The notes under the pieces were generated by a model. That model was not told where the DNA came from, made no database searches, and saw only the letters and a list, made by a program, of their open reading frames with translations. A DNA stretch of 64,000 nucleotides. Source: Klebsormidium nitens. Lineage: Eukaryota > Plantae > Klebsormidiophyceae. Position numbers and translations under genes: made by a program. Shown here piece by piece: positions 1 through 12,680 of this stretch (position 1 is its first letter; each line of letters starts with the position of its first letter). The DNA lies in contig DF237142.1 in assembly GCA_000708835.1 (NCBI GenBank), positions 3,810-67,809 on the forward strand. The letters run 5' to 3'.

Positions 1-3000
1 CGCGCGGTAGCCTTCGGCTAGTACCGCCAGCTAGGATAAACCTGCCGACGGTGAATTCTTGTAACCTTGAATTTTCCGAGTACACTCGACGGAGAAAGTA
101 CTGCCGCAGTGTACAAGTGCAATTCTGACAGACTTGGACTCGGTCCCTATACGTGGCACTCATCGGACGGTGCCAGCCCCAGCCAGCGGAAAGTTCGGGA
201 CCCCGAAATGTACCTAGTTAAAGTGCGCTTTTTGACAACGGGATGGTCAATGTAGTGCGGCCCTACAGCGACCTTGACCTTTGCTTTCTTCGTCAGTCGT
301 CGTAAGGAGATGCTCCAGCCGAGGCCTTGCATTTCTGCACTAGACCGCTTCAGGTACATGACGATGAATCTTCATTATATTGTCATGCAGCAAGGGGAAG
401 TGAGTTCGACGCACTAGTTCCTTTCTGATCTCCTGATCCATAGTCTGAGACGTTGGGGATACTGACTCGGAAGCCGCTACTCGGTAGCTGATCCGGAAAG
501 CGTTTCTCCGCAGCGACACGGGAGCGACACGGCCTTCAGAGGAAGAAATTGAGAAATCCTTTAATCTGTTTGAAACGATGGCGACATTGCAATCGACAGT
601 AACACAAATGTCACGTGCCAGTACGCCCCGTAGCACGACCGCGTTCTCGCGTTGCCAGATTGAATACTAGGGTCGAGGTAGCTTTGTACCCGCTTTGTAC
701 GTCCGGCGGTGGACCAGAACTTTTGTAGAGCCTGTCAAAAGGCACGTCTTCGTACACAGATGCTAAAGTTGTTACACGCTCCCAGTCTTGGCCAGTCCAG
801 ATCTGTTCTGATTGTTGGATTTTAAAGAAGGGCATGCCGGCGCCAGGTGGCGATTGATCTCTTGTACGTCACTTCAGAGAAACTGATGCAAACAGCACTT
901 TGAAAGGCGGCCAGCTTCTCAGGGTGATCTCAGCAGTACGTGCAATGAGCGTTCATTCAATGCTGTTCAGATCCAATAAAATCTTAAAATCTGTGACAGA
1001 TCGGAAGTACTTCAGAGTCACCCGAACGTTCTGCTGGCTTACTGGAAGCTTGCGTTGGTCTGTGAATCTGAACACTGGCTTGAGTTTGAGCACTCGAAGT
1101 GAAGCCTCTGTGGATCCTCCTTGATGACCAATATCAATAATATGCATTAATCGAAATATTTCGATACACCAAGCTACTATCCAACCAAGGCAGGCTCCGT
1201 GCTGACCAGCTAGGAGAGCGACAGCTTCGTAAGCTTTGGCAACATAATGCAGATGCGCAGGTGAAACAGGATGCGGCTACATGTTCGGAGAACAAACGTG
1301 ACAGCTGTTCAACACAAGCGCACAGCTTTCGTTTCGCTACCGTGGATCATACACATGCTTGATCGTACGGCCACGAGCTTCTTACAGGTTCTGTTGCCAC
1401 CCGAAAAGCAACGGTACGCGCGCTGCATGATAGCAGCCGTCCGATTGAAAGTCCAGAGTGAATTTGGACGTTTGCGACCGTTAGATCGAAATCCGGACAC
1501 CAGGCGACCCCTGATATGAAGCCTGGCGACCAGCGGTTTCTGCCTTCACCTCAGGCTCTGGGGAGGGGCGAAAATTGAAAACCTCCACATTCTGTTTTGA
1601 GGGCGTGGCACAGGAACAATGGAGGATCTGCGACTTTCTTACAACAGCCTACAAGCTGTTGCCAGGGCTGAAAGAGGGGATGCTAGTTTCAGCATTTGCC
1701 TGCCCAGGATGGTGCTTTCATTTGACCCCCTCTAACCTGAGCATCATCGTCGAGCTTGCTGGGGAAGACACGGGTTGCAGGACTTTGGATGATGGTAGAT
1801 GTGCTCCGTCTTGGATGAGACAGAGTTTGAGAAAGGGGGCAGTCACCAGCATAGCTGTTCAGGTGAGGAGCGGACCTTGATCCCTTTGTCCTTCCGTTTG
1901 TATATCTTCACGTGGTCGATTGGAAATATCCAGTTACTCACACTGCCTAGATGTGATTTCACAAAGAGCTGACGTTCTTTTCTTGGGTCCCTCTTTGCAT
2001 TTTACCCTTTTTATTCGCTCAGAAGTAAGAACATGGCATATGAGTCGATATATGGTCTAATTGTAATCTGCAGGTTGGGAGTGTTCTTTCATCGATCTGG
2101 ACTGTTCCTGATTATATTTCTGAAAGGGTCACCTGTGACATCAGTGTCACTTCCAAAAACTTTAGATGTAGTCCGTATTTCTTGTCACATGAACCAAAGG
2201 CTTTCTTCTGCTATTTATAGTCTGTGTTGTTGCCAGTTTTGAATCATGTATTGTTTCAAGCCCTTTTTTGCAAGTGGTTGTGTGAGGGTAAATTCTGCCT
2301 CTCACCCCGTTTTCCTCTCACATCTACCAGTGCTTGCTTAGGAGAAACTTGCGAGTGGTCATCTTGTGGAGTGATCTTGCACTAATGTTTGGACGCAATG
2401 TGGGAGTGTGGTGGTACTTTTTAGCATTTTCTTCTTTTGAGACTTGTTTATCTTTTCAAGTTTGAGCATCGTATAAGGCATCAGTTCGCAGATGCACACA
2501 GCGCATCTTTGCCCTTGATTGCGGGCCTTCTTGGTCTGGGTGTTTGAGCTCCTCAGATTAGAAGGCTCAGGTTCTGATGCAGATCGTGCTAAGCACGTTC
2601 ATCCAGCTGCTGAGCAACTTCAGACGGTTTTATTAGATTTTAGCACAATGTGTGATACTTCCTGTTGGCAGCAACCATTTTGAAGGGCAAAGCACGAGTT
2701 GGGATGGGAATCAATTGACCTTGAGCATATGGTATTGCCTTCATTCATGTTTAGGTGCTTTCAAGCTACACGGTGTTTCAAAACAGAAATTGCTTTATAA
2801 ATAGCGTCACAAGGTTACACGACTGATAATAGCAAGTATCAAAGGATTGCAGGAGGGAATGGTAGAACTTCTTGTCCAAGGGTGCTAGGGACAAGAGAGT
2901 CCAGAATGCTGCAGGCTCAGCAGAACCTGACTTTGACAGGACAGCATGAACATAGGTGATGGTAAGCTGGGATAGGTGATGGTAAACCGAAATTAGTCAA

Positions 3001-3770
3001 GGGACATTTAATCAGCGGTGCCAGGTGGGAGTGTAGTATGTAGAGCTTGGTGCAATCTTCTGGCTCGTGTTACAATCAGAAGTTCACACTAACCCTGTCT
3101 GCTAGCTGTGGTTAGATCGGTTTTTACTACACACTCAATGAAAATGGAGGCTCTTTTCACTCTTTTTGCACTTCAAGCAACTTGCTGGGGAGTGACAGTG
3201 ACAGCATTGCCTGGAATAGGGCACTACTTGGACCTCAAAGCTCCCAAACCGTTTTCTGGGGACTTCTCTTTGAGCAGCTGCAGGCCGCCTAATTATGCTC
3301 TGGATGTCCTTGATGCATGTACTTTGACCATCCCTATATGTACCCAGTTTACCTCTTTCGCCACGCTGTTTGATGACTCTTGTACCAAGCCACTTTGTGT
3401 TTTTTCATATTGCATTGTGTCGTGTCTCTTCTGAGGGCAACATGCCAGCTTGGAAGACCTCACAAGCTGGATTCACCACTTCTGAAGCACAACTTGATCT
3501 GGTCCCTAGCGTCAAGGTTTGAAAAGGGTGTGATTAGGCAGCTTGTGTGCACATCTCTGCAATTGAAGCCTACTTCACAAGCGTTATTCTTCTCATTTAA
3601 GCAGGTTACTCATTCTTATGTAAGAGCCTCGCATTGCAAGCAGGATGCTGCCAAGAACCTGTACCAGGAGAGCGAACCTCTGCCTTTACCTACTTGCAGG
3701 TGTATTGAGAGACAGCAGGAAGTCCACGAGCCATCAGGGATTGGTTATGACATTTAGGGTTTTCTCATAG

Positions 3771-6700
3771 GCAAGGATTTAGGACAAGCGATAGAACACA
3801 TGGAAGGGCCCCGCACACCGCTCGCTTCTTCCGTAGGGATGCAGTCCGCCCAGTCACAATTGCAGCCCCTTCCTAGTTTCCAACCAGGCAGGTCAGCTGC
3901 CACTGTAGTGGTACCGGGGGTTCCCTCTCCAAGCAAGCAACCACAGGGAAGTAACAAGCAGGGCGCCATCTCGCCCAGGAGCATCCTCCAACAGGGGCCT
4001 GAGATGCCACAGATGCTGGGCCCCCAGAGCGGCACACTCCAGCAGGGGGTGGAGTTCCCCCACATTGTGCCCCCCTACAAGAGCATTGTCCAGCAGGGGC
4101 CAGAGACACCACTGAATGTGCCCCCCCAGATGGTGAACAACCCCCTGAGAGCAGCTCTCAGTGACAGGACAGGTGGCACCCTGCTGTTGGATGCTGTGAC
4201 ATCAGATTGCGGCCACACATTTGGCGGGGCCAGTCTTCAGAGAGTCTTAGCTGTGGTGAGAGATCCACTGATCCTGCTCTTTAGTGGCATGCTTTCTCTG
4301 ATGGTGGCCTCAGCTTCCTTGCGGGAGTGATGAAATTCGCTTGTGTCAATCATTTTAGCTCTGTTGTTCCACGTGATTTGAGCTTTGATTGTCCTTCTCT
4401 TGGTTTCGACGTTTGGATGTGAAGTCTCAGCGAAGACCTTAGCTGAGGAGCTTGCGAAGCACTGATGAAGCAGGCGATACGGTCGGAGGGGGAATGCTTC
4501 ATTTTCTGAGGAAGCTGGTCTCGGGACTGAACTTGGGGAAGGGGTAAAGTTCTCAATGCAGCAACTTTGGAGCAATGGAAGATTCAGTCTCTAGATCGTT
4601 CTGGTCTTCTTGGGTGCTAGGCTCCATTTGCAAAGTGCTGCGGATCAGTAGCGCCTGTCCTGTCAGCAGGAACATAGCACAACAAATGCTTCAATCTGTT
4701 CAGCATTTCTCCCCAGCTCCTCTTGTCTTCCACTCCTTAGATCCTTAATAAGCTTCCAGCCTCAGTGTTCGCAATCGCCAGATATTTTTCACATACTCTT
4801 CTTGAATAATTAGCAAGTCTTGAGATGAGCCTGACCATTGGGTACTCTTTCCCCAGGGCACGTGCGGCGCTTGCGGGGTTCCGATTGACCCTGGACGGTT
4901 GATCCCTAACCTGGCGGTCAGGGCGGCAGCTGCCGCGTTCCAAGCTGAAGAGAGCCTGGGGCTGAAGAGGGGCAGAGACGGGGACCCAGCCCGAGGGACG
5001 CTGCCTTTCATCAGAGTAAGCAGAACCGATGTGTGAGAAGTGGCTTGAGGACTGCAATAACCACTTTCCAACTAGAAGCAAGAAAGTCTACTGACAGAGC
5101 AACGAAGGGTGTTCAGGGCTTCAACCTCGTTGCAACCATATGGAGGCACCCAGTCCGCTTCAAGTGCACTACTCTATGTGCCCGCAGTGCTCCTACATCC
5201 ATGAGCTTGTAGCACTTGTCATTGGTCCTTCCTCTCAAATCCTTGTTCTTCTTTATGCATCACCATCCTTGCTTCCAAACCCCCTTTCAAGAATGGGTGT
5301 GTGCTGGCTTTCGCATCCTCTTGTGCGAGTACATGGACTCTAAGCCCTGCCTCTGGTATCCTGGCACAAAAACGATTGTCAACGGTTGGGTTGGCTTGAA
5401 AGGAGAAGCCATGTCTACACAAGCAAGCCTTACAACCACTGTCCATTGGTTTCAGAGCTAATCAACCCAAGGGTTAAGTAGATAACCCTTTCTGCAGGAG
5501 CCTGAGCAGAAGGCGTACGTCTTTCCCTACAAGCTGCACGACCGCGTGCGCGTCAAGGGGAACAAGCGCACGCCCCCCCATTTCGTGGGCAAGGAAGCGG
5601 TCATTGTGCATGAGGGCCTCAATGGTTGGTACACCGTTCGCTTGAAGGAGTCCGGGGAAGAAACGCGGCTCCAGTACCGATCGCTTGAGGCCCTTTCAGA
5701 TGAGAAGAAACAGCGGGGGAGTGAGAAGGGAGCGGACGGAAGTTTGAAAAAGACGGTTGGGGCTGAGAAGACACCGGAAGGAAAGGAGGTCAGTTTGGAG
5801 GTGAGAAAAGAAGGAGTGGTTACGGCAAAAGAGGGGAACGCAGCGGCTGTTGGAAATGGTGAGGAAAAAGGGGCGGTCGAGGAGGGGTCGAGGAAAAGGA
5901 TCAGGACCGAAGGGGAAGAAGCCGTTCAGGAGAGAGGCGGGGCTCAGACCGGGGGGCAGGTTAGCCTTGGGTTGGTTGGAAACCAGGGGGAAACTGCTGT
6001 GGGAAACCCAGGGTTAGGGGTAAACCAGGGAGGGTTGAGGGCCGCCGCAAAAAGGGAGGGAGCCGAAAAAAGCCAAGGAACTGGTCTTGGATCCAGCAAC
6101 AGAAGCATAGTAGAAAGTGCACGGAGCTTGGAGGGTCAGGAGTCGCTAGCAGGTGTCGAGCCAGTCGTTCGGAATGGTGCTGCGGAAGTTCCTCCAGAGG
6201 CTAGCAAACCCCCTCCTGTGAGTTTCGCGGTTACTTCCGTGTCCCTTCAGGGTGCGAGCGTCCAAGTCGCGGCCGAGGTCCTTCGCATCAGGGGGGGTGC
6301 GCCAAGTGCCGAAAGCCCCAGGGGTTCTCCCTCTCCTCAACCGTGGGGGTCAGCTGGCAGAGACTTCAGCCCCCCGTTGTGGAACCCGGGTCAAGTCAGC
6401 CCAACAGGGACTCGGACGCGAACGGAACGCCGGCCAGTGGTCAATCTGGGATTCCTTGCCAGGGTCAGCGCTGACATCAGCGACGACGAGCGGAGCGTGG
6501 GGCCAAGTTCGGGGAGGGGGGACGAAGAAAGAAAGTTTGAGGGTCGGTGGGACGAAACGAATGCGGGGGGGTCTGATGTGGGTTTGGATGAGGAGAGGGG
6601 CTTTGGGGGCAATGCCGAGAGGGCAGACGCGAAGAGCACGCCTCAGAAGCTGCTGAGCGTGCCGGAAAGGGACCGGTGTGTGAAGTCGAACGGGAGGGGC

Positions 6701-7442
6701 TGGCGATGCAAACTAAGGAAGGCGCCAGGCTACCAGGTAAGCATTTTGAAGCTGTCCACGTCAGAGATGGTCGTTCAACCGTCAGGCAGAGGTCAATATT
6801 GTGCCAAGCCCTTCGTAATCTGCATATAGTGCACTTGACATAGTCGTTCCATCAAAGGCCAGAACTGACCAAGTTGGGGCAGGGTGTTCAGTGCAAAAGT
6901 CCGTTTTGCAAGTACTCGGAAATTTAGGAAGTCGTCGCGGTTAGGCCCGCCGTTATAAACTCAATAGGTAGCGCTCCAATGTTCGAGGAGTAGCAAAGGT
7001 CTTTGGAGGGTTAACCCTGCTTTCTCAGGCGGCTAGCTGTGTCCCTTTCAGCGCAACAGCTTTTGGTGCCAAACAAAAGTTGAGCCTTGAGTCCTCCAGA
7101 TGTCTACTTCAACCCGCAAGGCTATCGTGGATGAGTTCCGTATAACGGGACGGTTCAGCGAATCCTATCTTCTTTGTCACCTGGGTAAACCACTTTGTCG
7201 GCTCTTGCTCAGCTGCTATAGTCTGGCTCTTACTCAGCTTCTATAACCTGGAACCGTGTCTTCCGCAGTATTGCGAACACCATCAGCGGAATTGGGACGG
7301 GCATGAGAAGCAGTGGAAGAAGGCGTTCCCGTCTCCCGAGGGATCTGATCCGCTGCCACCGCAGGGGGGTAGGGTCAAGGTGGCCGGCGCGGGGGGTATC
7401 AAGAGGCCGAAAGAAGGTGGGTGGACGAAGGCCCATGCATGA
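3771..7442 (+). CDS. U-box protein of the plant PUB62/63 type (degenerate U-box plus GNKRTP SH3/KOW-like domain) with an added WRC zinc-finger-like domain
   Basis: Phase-consistent exons: 3771-4255 (LRAALSDRTGGTLLLDAVTSDCGHTFGG), 4857-5015 (GTCGACGVPIDPGRLIPNLAVRAAAAAF), 5498-6736 (FPYKLHDRVRVKGNKRTPPHFVGKEAVIVHEGLNGWYTVRL..LQYRSL; RCVKSNGRGWRCKLRKAPGYQ) and 7269-7416/7442 (YCEHH). The motifs match my recollection of PUB62/63 (LSDP..CGHSFG; GNKRTP..FVG..LNGWY..LQYRSL) and WRC (RC..DG..WRC..YCE.H). The 5' end is uncertain (possible first exon 1799-1862). The 3' end is either TGA at 7440-7442 or a splice at 7416. Confidence 0.85.
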
Positions 7443-8915
7443 TTCGACTCTAGCCTACCAGATACTCAACAAGATGATGCATACAGATGAATAGATAGCT
7501 TGTAGGATAAAGAACGGCCGCAAACCCCCTTGATCAGTAAAGTCATTAGGAAGCCCGTTCTGCCATCATATCGCACACGCACGCGGGCTTGCTATGATGC
7601 TCACGAAAAGGAGCAATAGTGCGGGGGTGTATTTAGCTGCGTTTAACGATATGTGTGACGCACATTCAAGCTATGGATATAGAAACGATGGAAGAGACTC
7701 CATGGTCCCTGTGACCTTGTCAACCGGCCTGTGCACCCGAGAAGCTCGTGCTTTGGCTCAAACGAGCATCCTGAATCTTAGTCCGCCAAAGGTGACTGTG
7801 ATGCTCTGTGGGCGTTCGGCCACTGCTTACAGCGGCATTTGGGTCTCTTTATATCAACTCTCATTAGGATTCTCCTCTGGAGCTGGCACAAGAAAGGAAG
7901 GGCCTACAAATTGGGTCTGCTGTAACTTTGATATCAAAAGGCTCAATAAGCTGTCTTCATCATGCTTTGACCCTCCTCAACGTGGGCTTTTGGTCCAGCA
8001 GGAAGAAGGAATAACGTTCGACCTACTACTTTTCGCTTTGACCCTACTGTAAGAGGCAGTTCTGGTACAGCAGGAAGGAGGATAAGGTATGGACGCTCCA
8101 GGATCTGACCCACAATACCACTTTGACCCCAGCTCAATCCAAATTCTTGATGCAGCAGGAAGGAGGCCAAAAGCCAAAGTGAAGGGCGCAAAACTGAAGA
8201 AGCAGGCCGTGTTTCTAGCGGGGAAGGGCATGGACGCATACGGCCTAGGCGCAACCGGGCTGCTTGTACATAAGAAGACGAAGAACCTGGCTGCAAAGAG
8301 ACTGGAGAGAGCGCTCAAGGATGCAAGAGGGGCTGCTGGGGTGGGTTCCCAACTCCTCTTTTGAATTTCTATCAGACAAGGGTTTGCGTCCATTTCAATA
8401 ATCCGTCGGGGTTGTTCATAGGCATGAGCGCCTTGTGGGTTGACCTTTACAAAGGAGCCAGTTGTCATGGTGATTGATTCGCTGTCTTCCAAATAAGAAC
8501 AAGCTTTTTCTGGTTTTCAGGGGACCGGGTAAAGTTTTTCGAAAGCTCGTCGCCCTTAGAGGGATCCATTTATTTTTCCTTCCGTGGGCTTGCCTTACAT
8601 CTCTTGCGAGTTCTCCCGTCCCTTCCGTTTCGACTCTTGAACAGAATCATGCAACTCGCCTCGAGCTCTTCATAACTTCAACGGAGATACCGATTGCAAT
8701 CAAGCCCGCCAATGGTCATCTCATTAGAACATCGTCGTCGTTATTCTGGAATGGGAGACGAAGCCTCTCTCAGCCATAACCGCTGATGCTTTTGAAAAAC
8801 CCTACCTCTTCTGCTTAAAAGTAGCACTAACATTTGTGATCCGGCCGTTTCACCTTCGCAGTCTATCATAGGCCAACTGTACACATCGGCACGCAAGCCA
8901 GCCCTCTCTTTCCAG

Positions 8916-11900
8916 ATGGATGACGACGATTACGACAGCGATGAGGTCAGCAGACTGTCTCTATCTATGATAAGCGACGCAGCATTGTATCGAGGAAGCA
9001 CGCCCCTTACATATTAAGCAGTTGCACGTGTTTAGATCTATCATTGTCATTGATAAAGAAGGAGCGCCCGATTGAGACCTCTGACCGCTTCGTTGTACAA
9101 ATCGCTCAAAGCCGACAGCTCTGGTCATCTCTGTCTTTCTCAAAGTTGTCCAATGTAAAGTCGTTCTTCCAAAGCTCTGCGACGCAGTTCTGCCCACCAA
9201 ATGGTTTTGAATCAGCGGTGCCAGCCCGTTTGTCTTGGACCAAGGGAAGCTTTCTCCACAAGTTCGTAAAAAGCTCACATGCAGAATGGGGAGAGACGAC
9301 TACTCAACTATGAGAACATTGACGGGGCTTTTCACAGGAGTCACCTGAAGAAGACACCGCCTCTCTGACCAAAATCATACGCCCAAATCGTGCTCCTCCC
9401 CATTCTCCCTCAAAATGGCTGTATCATTGAGTTCCCCCGCAAACATGCTTCATTCTGCTCGCCCCCCCTTCAATAGGCCCCTTTTCCACCTCCGTTCACC
9501 CCCCCGCCCCATCTGTATCCCGTCACCAAAACCTTCCGTTGGAACGCTCCTTCTCACTTCCTCCGCTCTTTCTTTTGCAGTACGACCTTCCCCCTGCCAA
9601 GCGCGCCAAGCTACCGCTTCACGAGTTGGACCCACATTTCCTGTCTCAAAAGCGCATCGAGAAGGCGCAAAAGTACAAGACGCTTGTGGCCAACAAGGAG
9701 TATATCGAGGACGATCGGGGAAATCTAAAGGTTCTCGAGGTCATGGGCGGAGCTGAGCCTAGCGAGGAGGAGCTCTTGGCGCAGGTGGGTTTCTTGCGTT
9801 CCATACACGATGCCAACCCCGGGTTAAGAATCTTGAAAGCCCGATGTGCGTGGATTCCACTTGGAAGCTTTGGGCATGATGATTGTTGAGCATCTTGGTG
9901 TGAGCCGTCTGGCACTCTCATCAGATGAAGGTTTCGGGTTCGACCATTCCGGTGTTCAAGATGAGCAGGGCCATCGCTTTTTTAAAAGTGCGGCGGAATT
10001 GCATTAAGCGTATGCTCGTTTCATCATAGCTTCCGCTCGTTCCATCTGGCTTATGCTCGCTCCATCGGCGCAGGTGGAGAGGGTGTGTCCGGAACTAGAC
10101 CTGGAGAGCCTCTGCAGCGTGGACATTACGGCGGCCGTCGCAGCGGTGGCCGCGACGGGACGGGAGGAAGCGGAGGTGAGGTTCTGCATGAGACCATTTG
10201 GGTCGTGGTTGCAACGTAGAAAGGAACGGGTATTCTTCATTAGTAACCCTCCTGGAGTGAAAACAACAGCGTTGCTTAAGGACTTCCTCAAGGTCTTCGG
10301 TAAAAAAGTAGCCTTTGTTCATTCACTTTGCTTACTTGTGTACGTTTGTTTCAGGTCTGAATTTCAGACTAGAGACTGCAGATAAGGTGAATGGTTTTCT
10401 TGTGCTCAATCGCTTTCCGGTACGTTTTTGCAGATCCTGCTGGGGCGGCTTCTGATGCGACACAGCACCAAGGAGCTGGCACTGGTCCAAGAAGTGATTG
10501 ATCAGGAGAAGCGGATCGTGCTGGCGAAGCTGGAAGCTCTCAACCGGAGAGATGCGGGTAAGGGTCTCATTTGTCTCCGTCGGGTGTGATCCTACAAATG
10601 AGTGATATAAATAGGATCTGTAGGCTCAGGGGTTTGGAGTGCTGGCCTGATAAGCTGGTGCGAAGTCCGCAAGAGGTCTGTTCTTTGCCTCTGTAATCTA
10701 CTAACCGTGCATAGATCTGAAGTGGGCATACTCGATTTCAAGCGAAAGTCGAGGAGATAGCGCGGCAATGGACTATCTTGGCGAGGGGACACTGCTCTGA
10801 AAGACTTGCAGTAAGACTGAACTTAAGAAACTTGAGAGTGCTCGGGCGCATGACCCGAAAATTGGCGTAGGTTGCATGTAGATACTACGGAAGACGCTAT
10901 AGACTAGGTCAGGTTTCTCGACTGCGTTTTGAGAACGTGCAATTCAAACGCATTGGCCAGTTCGAGCAATGCGCGAGCGGCTCTTTCTCCAGCTGTAGCT
11001 CTAGTCTGCTTTCCCTTTCAAATCAGCGTTCATCTATTGAAGTGGCGTCACCAGGTTATGTAGTTTCTGCCTCTAAAAGCGGTCTTTTCCTCCTTTGGCA
11101 GCCAAAGCGCAGTGGAAGAAGCGACCATTCTTGGGCTTCGGCGAAGGGGGCCCCCCCAAGAAGAAACGGAGCGTCAACCTGGTGAAGACCGGTAGAGTCC
11201 CCCGGTTGTTCTCGACCTTGTTTCCGAGCGAGTTTGGTGACTTGGAGGAGGTTGGGGAGGTGGAGGGAGAAGAGATTGGGATTACGGGCGGGGTTAAGGA
11301 TCTGGGTTTGGAACCGGCGGATGAGTTCGCGGCTCAGAGAACTGGGTCAGATGGGCATGCGCTGGGAAAGGAAGCGGACGAGGTTAAGGAAACGGTTAGC
11401 GGGAGGGGGCTTCAGGGGGAGGACGGAGCGGCGGAACTGGGCGAGGGTGAGAAATTGGCAGGGGTTGAGGAGCGGGTTAAGGAAACCGGTATCCGGACGG
11501 GGGCAAGGGGGGCTGAGTCCGCAGACGAACGGCTAGAAGCAGGGAAGGCCGAAGGTGTGGTCGGAGAACGGGTTAGTCATCGATCTGGGGTTAGGGACAC
11601 TGGGCCTACGCTTCCGGCGCTAGTTAGAGGTTCGGTTGAGGACGAACTTCGGGAAGGGATAGCGATCGGAGTTGCTCCTGAAAACTGGGGATATGGCAGT
11701 GCGTCTCCCAAAAACAGTGAAGGAAGGAGCTCGCCTCGCTTCGGAGGAGGGTCACGATTAAGGGTTAATCTGGCGGTTTGCCATAACCGGCCCCAGGGCC
11801 AACATGGCAGCGGATCTGAAAGCAGTGGGGGCCCGGAAGATTGTGCACGACGAGGGCAGCGAGCAGCGTTTGAGGACGTTGTGAGACAAGGGGTTAAGAA

Positions 11901-12680
11901 GGTTATGGGAAAGGGTTTACAAGGAGGGGGGAGTCCCCGGAACAGGGAAGGAGCGCAGCAGGCTGCAATGAGAGCAGGTAGGCAGCAAGTCCGGCAGATG
12001 TCCTTTTCTTCGGTCGCTGACAGCATTTTGTGGGGTTCACAAGAAGTAGGTGCAGGTCTAGGAGTTTGAAAGGGGACCAACTTTTTGGATCTTCAGCTTG
12101 AGTGTACACTGCCAAGCCGCCTGCAAACCACCAGTAAATAAGGGAAGCTTTTGTTCTGGCTTTTGTTTTATCGAAGGGTCCTGGCTGCTAAGTGGGAGCT
12201 CATCATCGTATTCGCCAAGTTCATTGCATCGCAGGCGGGGTGTTGTGAAGAAGTGTGAAGAGTAGGCCAAAGTGGATTTTTTTTAATTGCTGACTGCCTA
12301 CTAATCTCTTTGCAGAGTCTATCGATGCTGTGCCAAATTACTCGAGTCTCGAGGTGGAAAACGTGTCAGGTAAAGGGGAGCCCATTCCCCAACAGGTGGA
12401 GAAAAACGAAGACAACCGCAGCTTCGGGCTATCTCCGAACTTGAAGGGATTCAGCGGTCCCTCTAGGTCTTATAGCAATTCATTGTACGACTCTGTAGAT
12501 GCATCGGCCGCCCACTTGTTTTCTTCGGTCGGGGCAAGCCCTCGGGAGCATAAGCTAGGGCAGCATAGGGACGCGGTAGGCGAGTTTGATCTGGGACTGG
12601 ATCTGTTGAACGAGTTGGATAATTTTGATCCCGTGCGGTCGGGACTCGCTGACGAGACCGACGACTCGGAATCTGAATAG
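8916..12680 (+). CDS. Spliced exon chain encoding an uncharacterised, largely low-complexity protein; possibly the 3' half of the U-box/WRC gene
   Basis: Canonical GT-AG, phase-consistent exons: 8916-8945 (MDDDDYDSDE), 9581-9784, 10074-10175, 10434-10557, 11102-11977 and 12316-12680 (stop TAG). No family recognised. A strong polypyrimidine acceptor directly precedes the ATG at 8916. Confidence 0.65.

Noticed and set aside
9338-9418. Possible extra exon ESPEEDTAS...
   Set aside because: Its likely donor is out of phase with the next exon; 8945 to 9581 splices cleanly without it.
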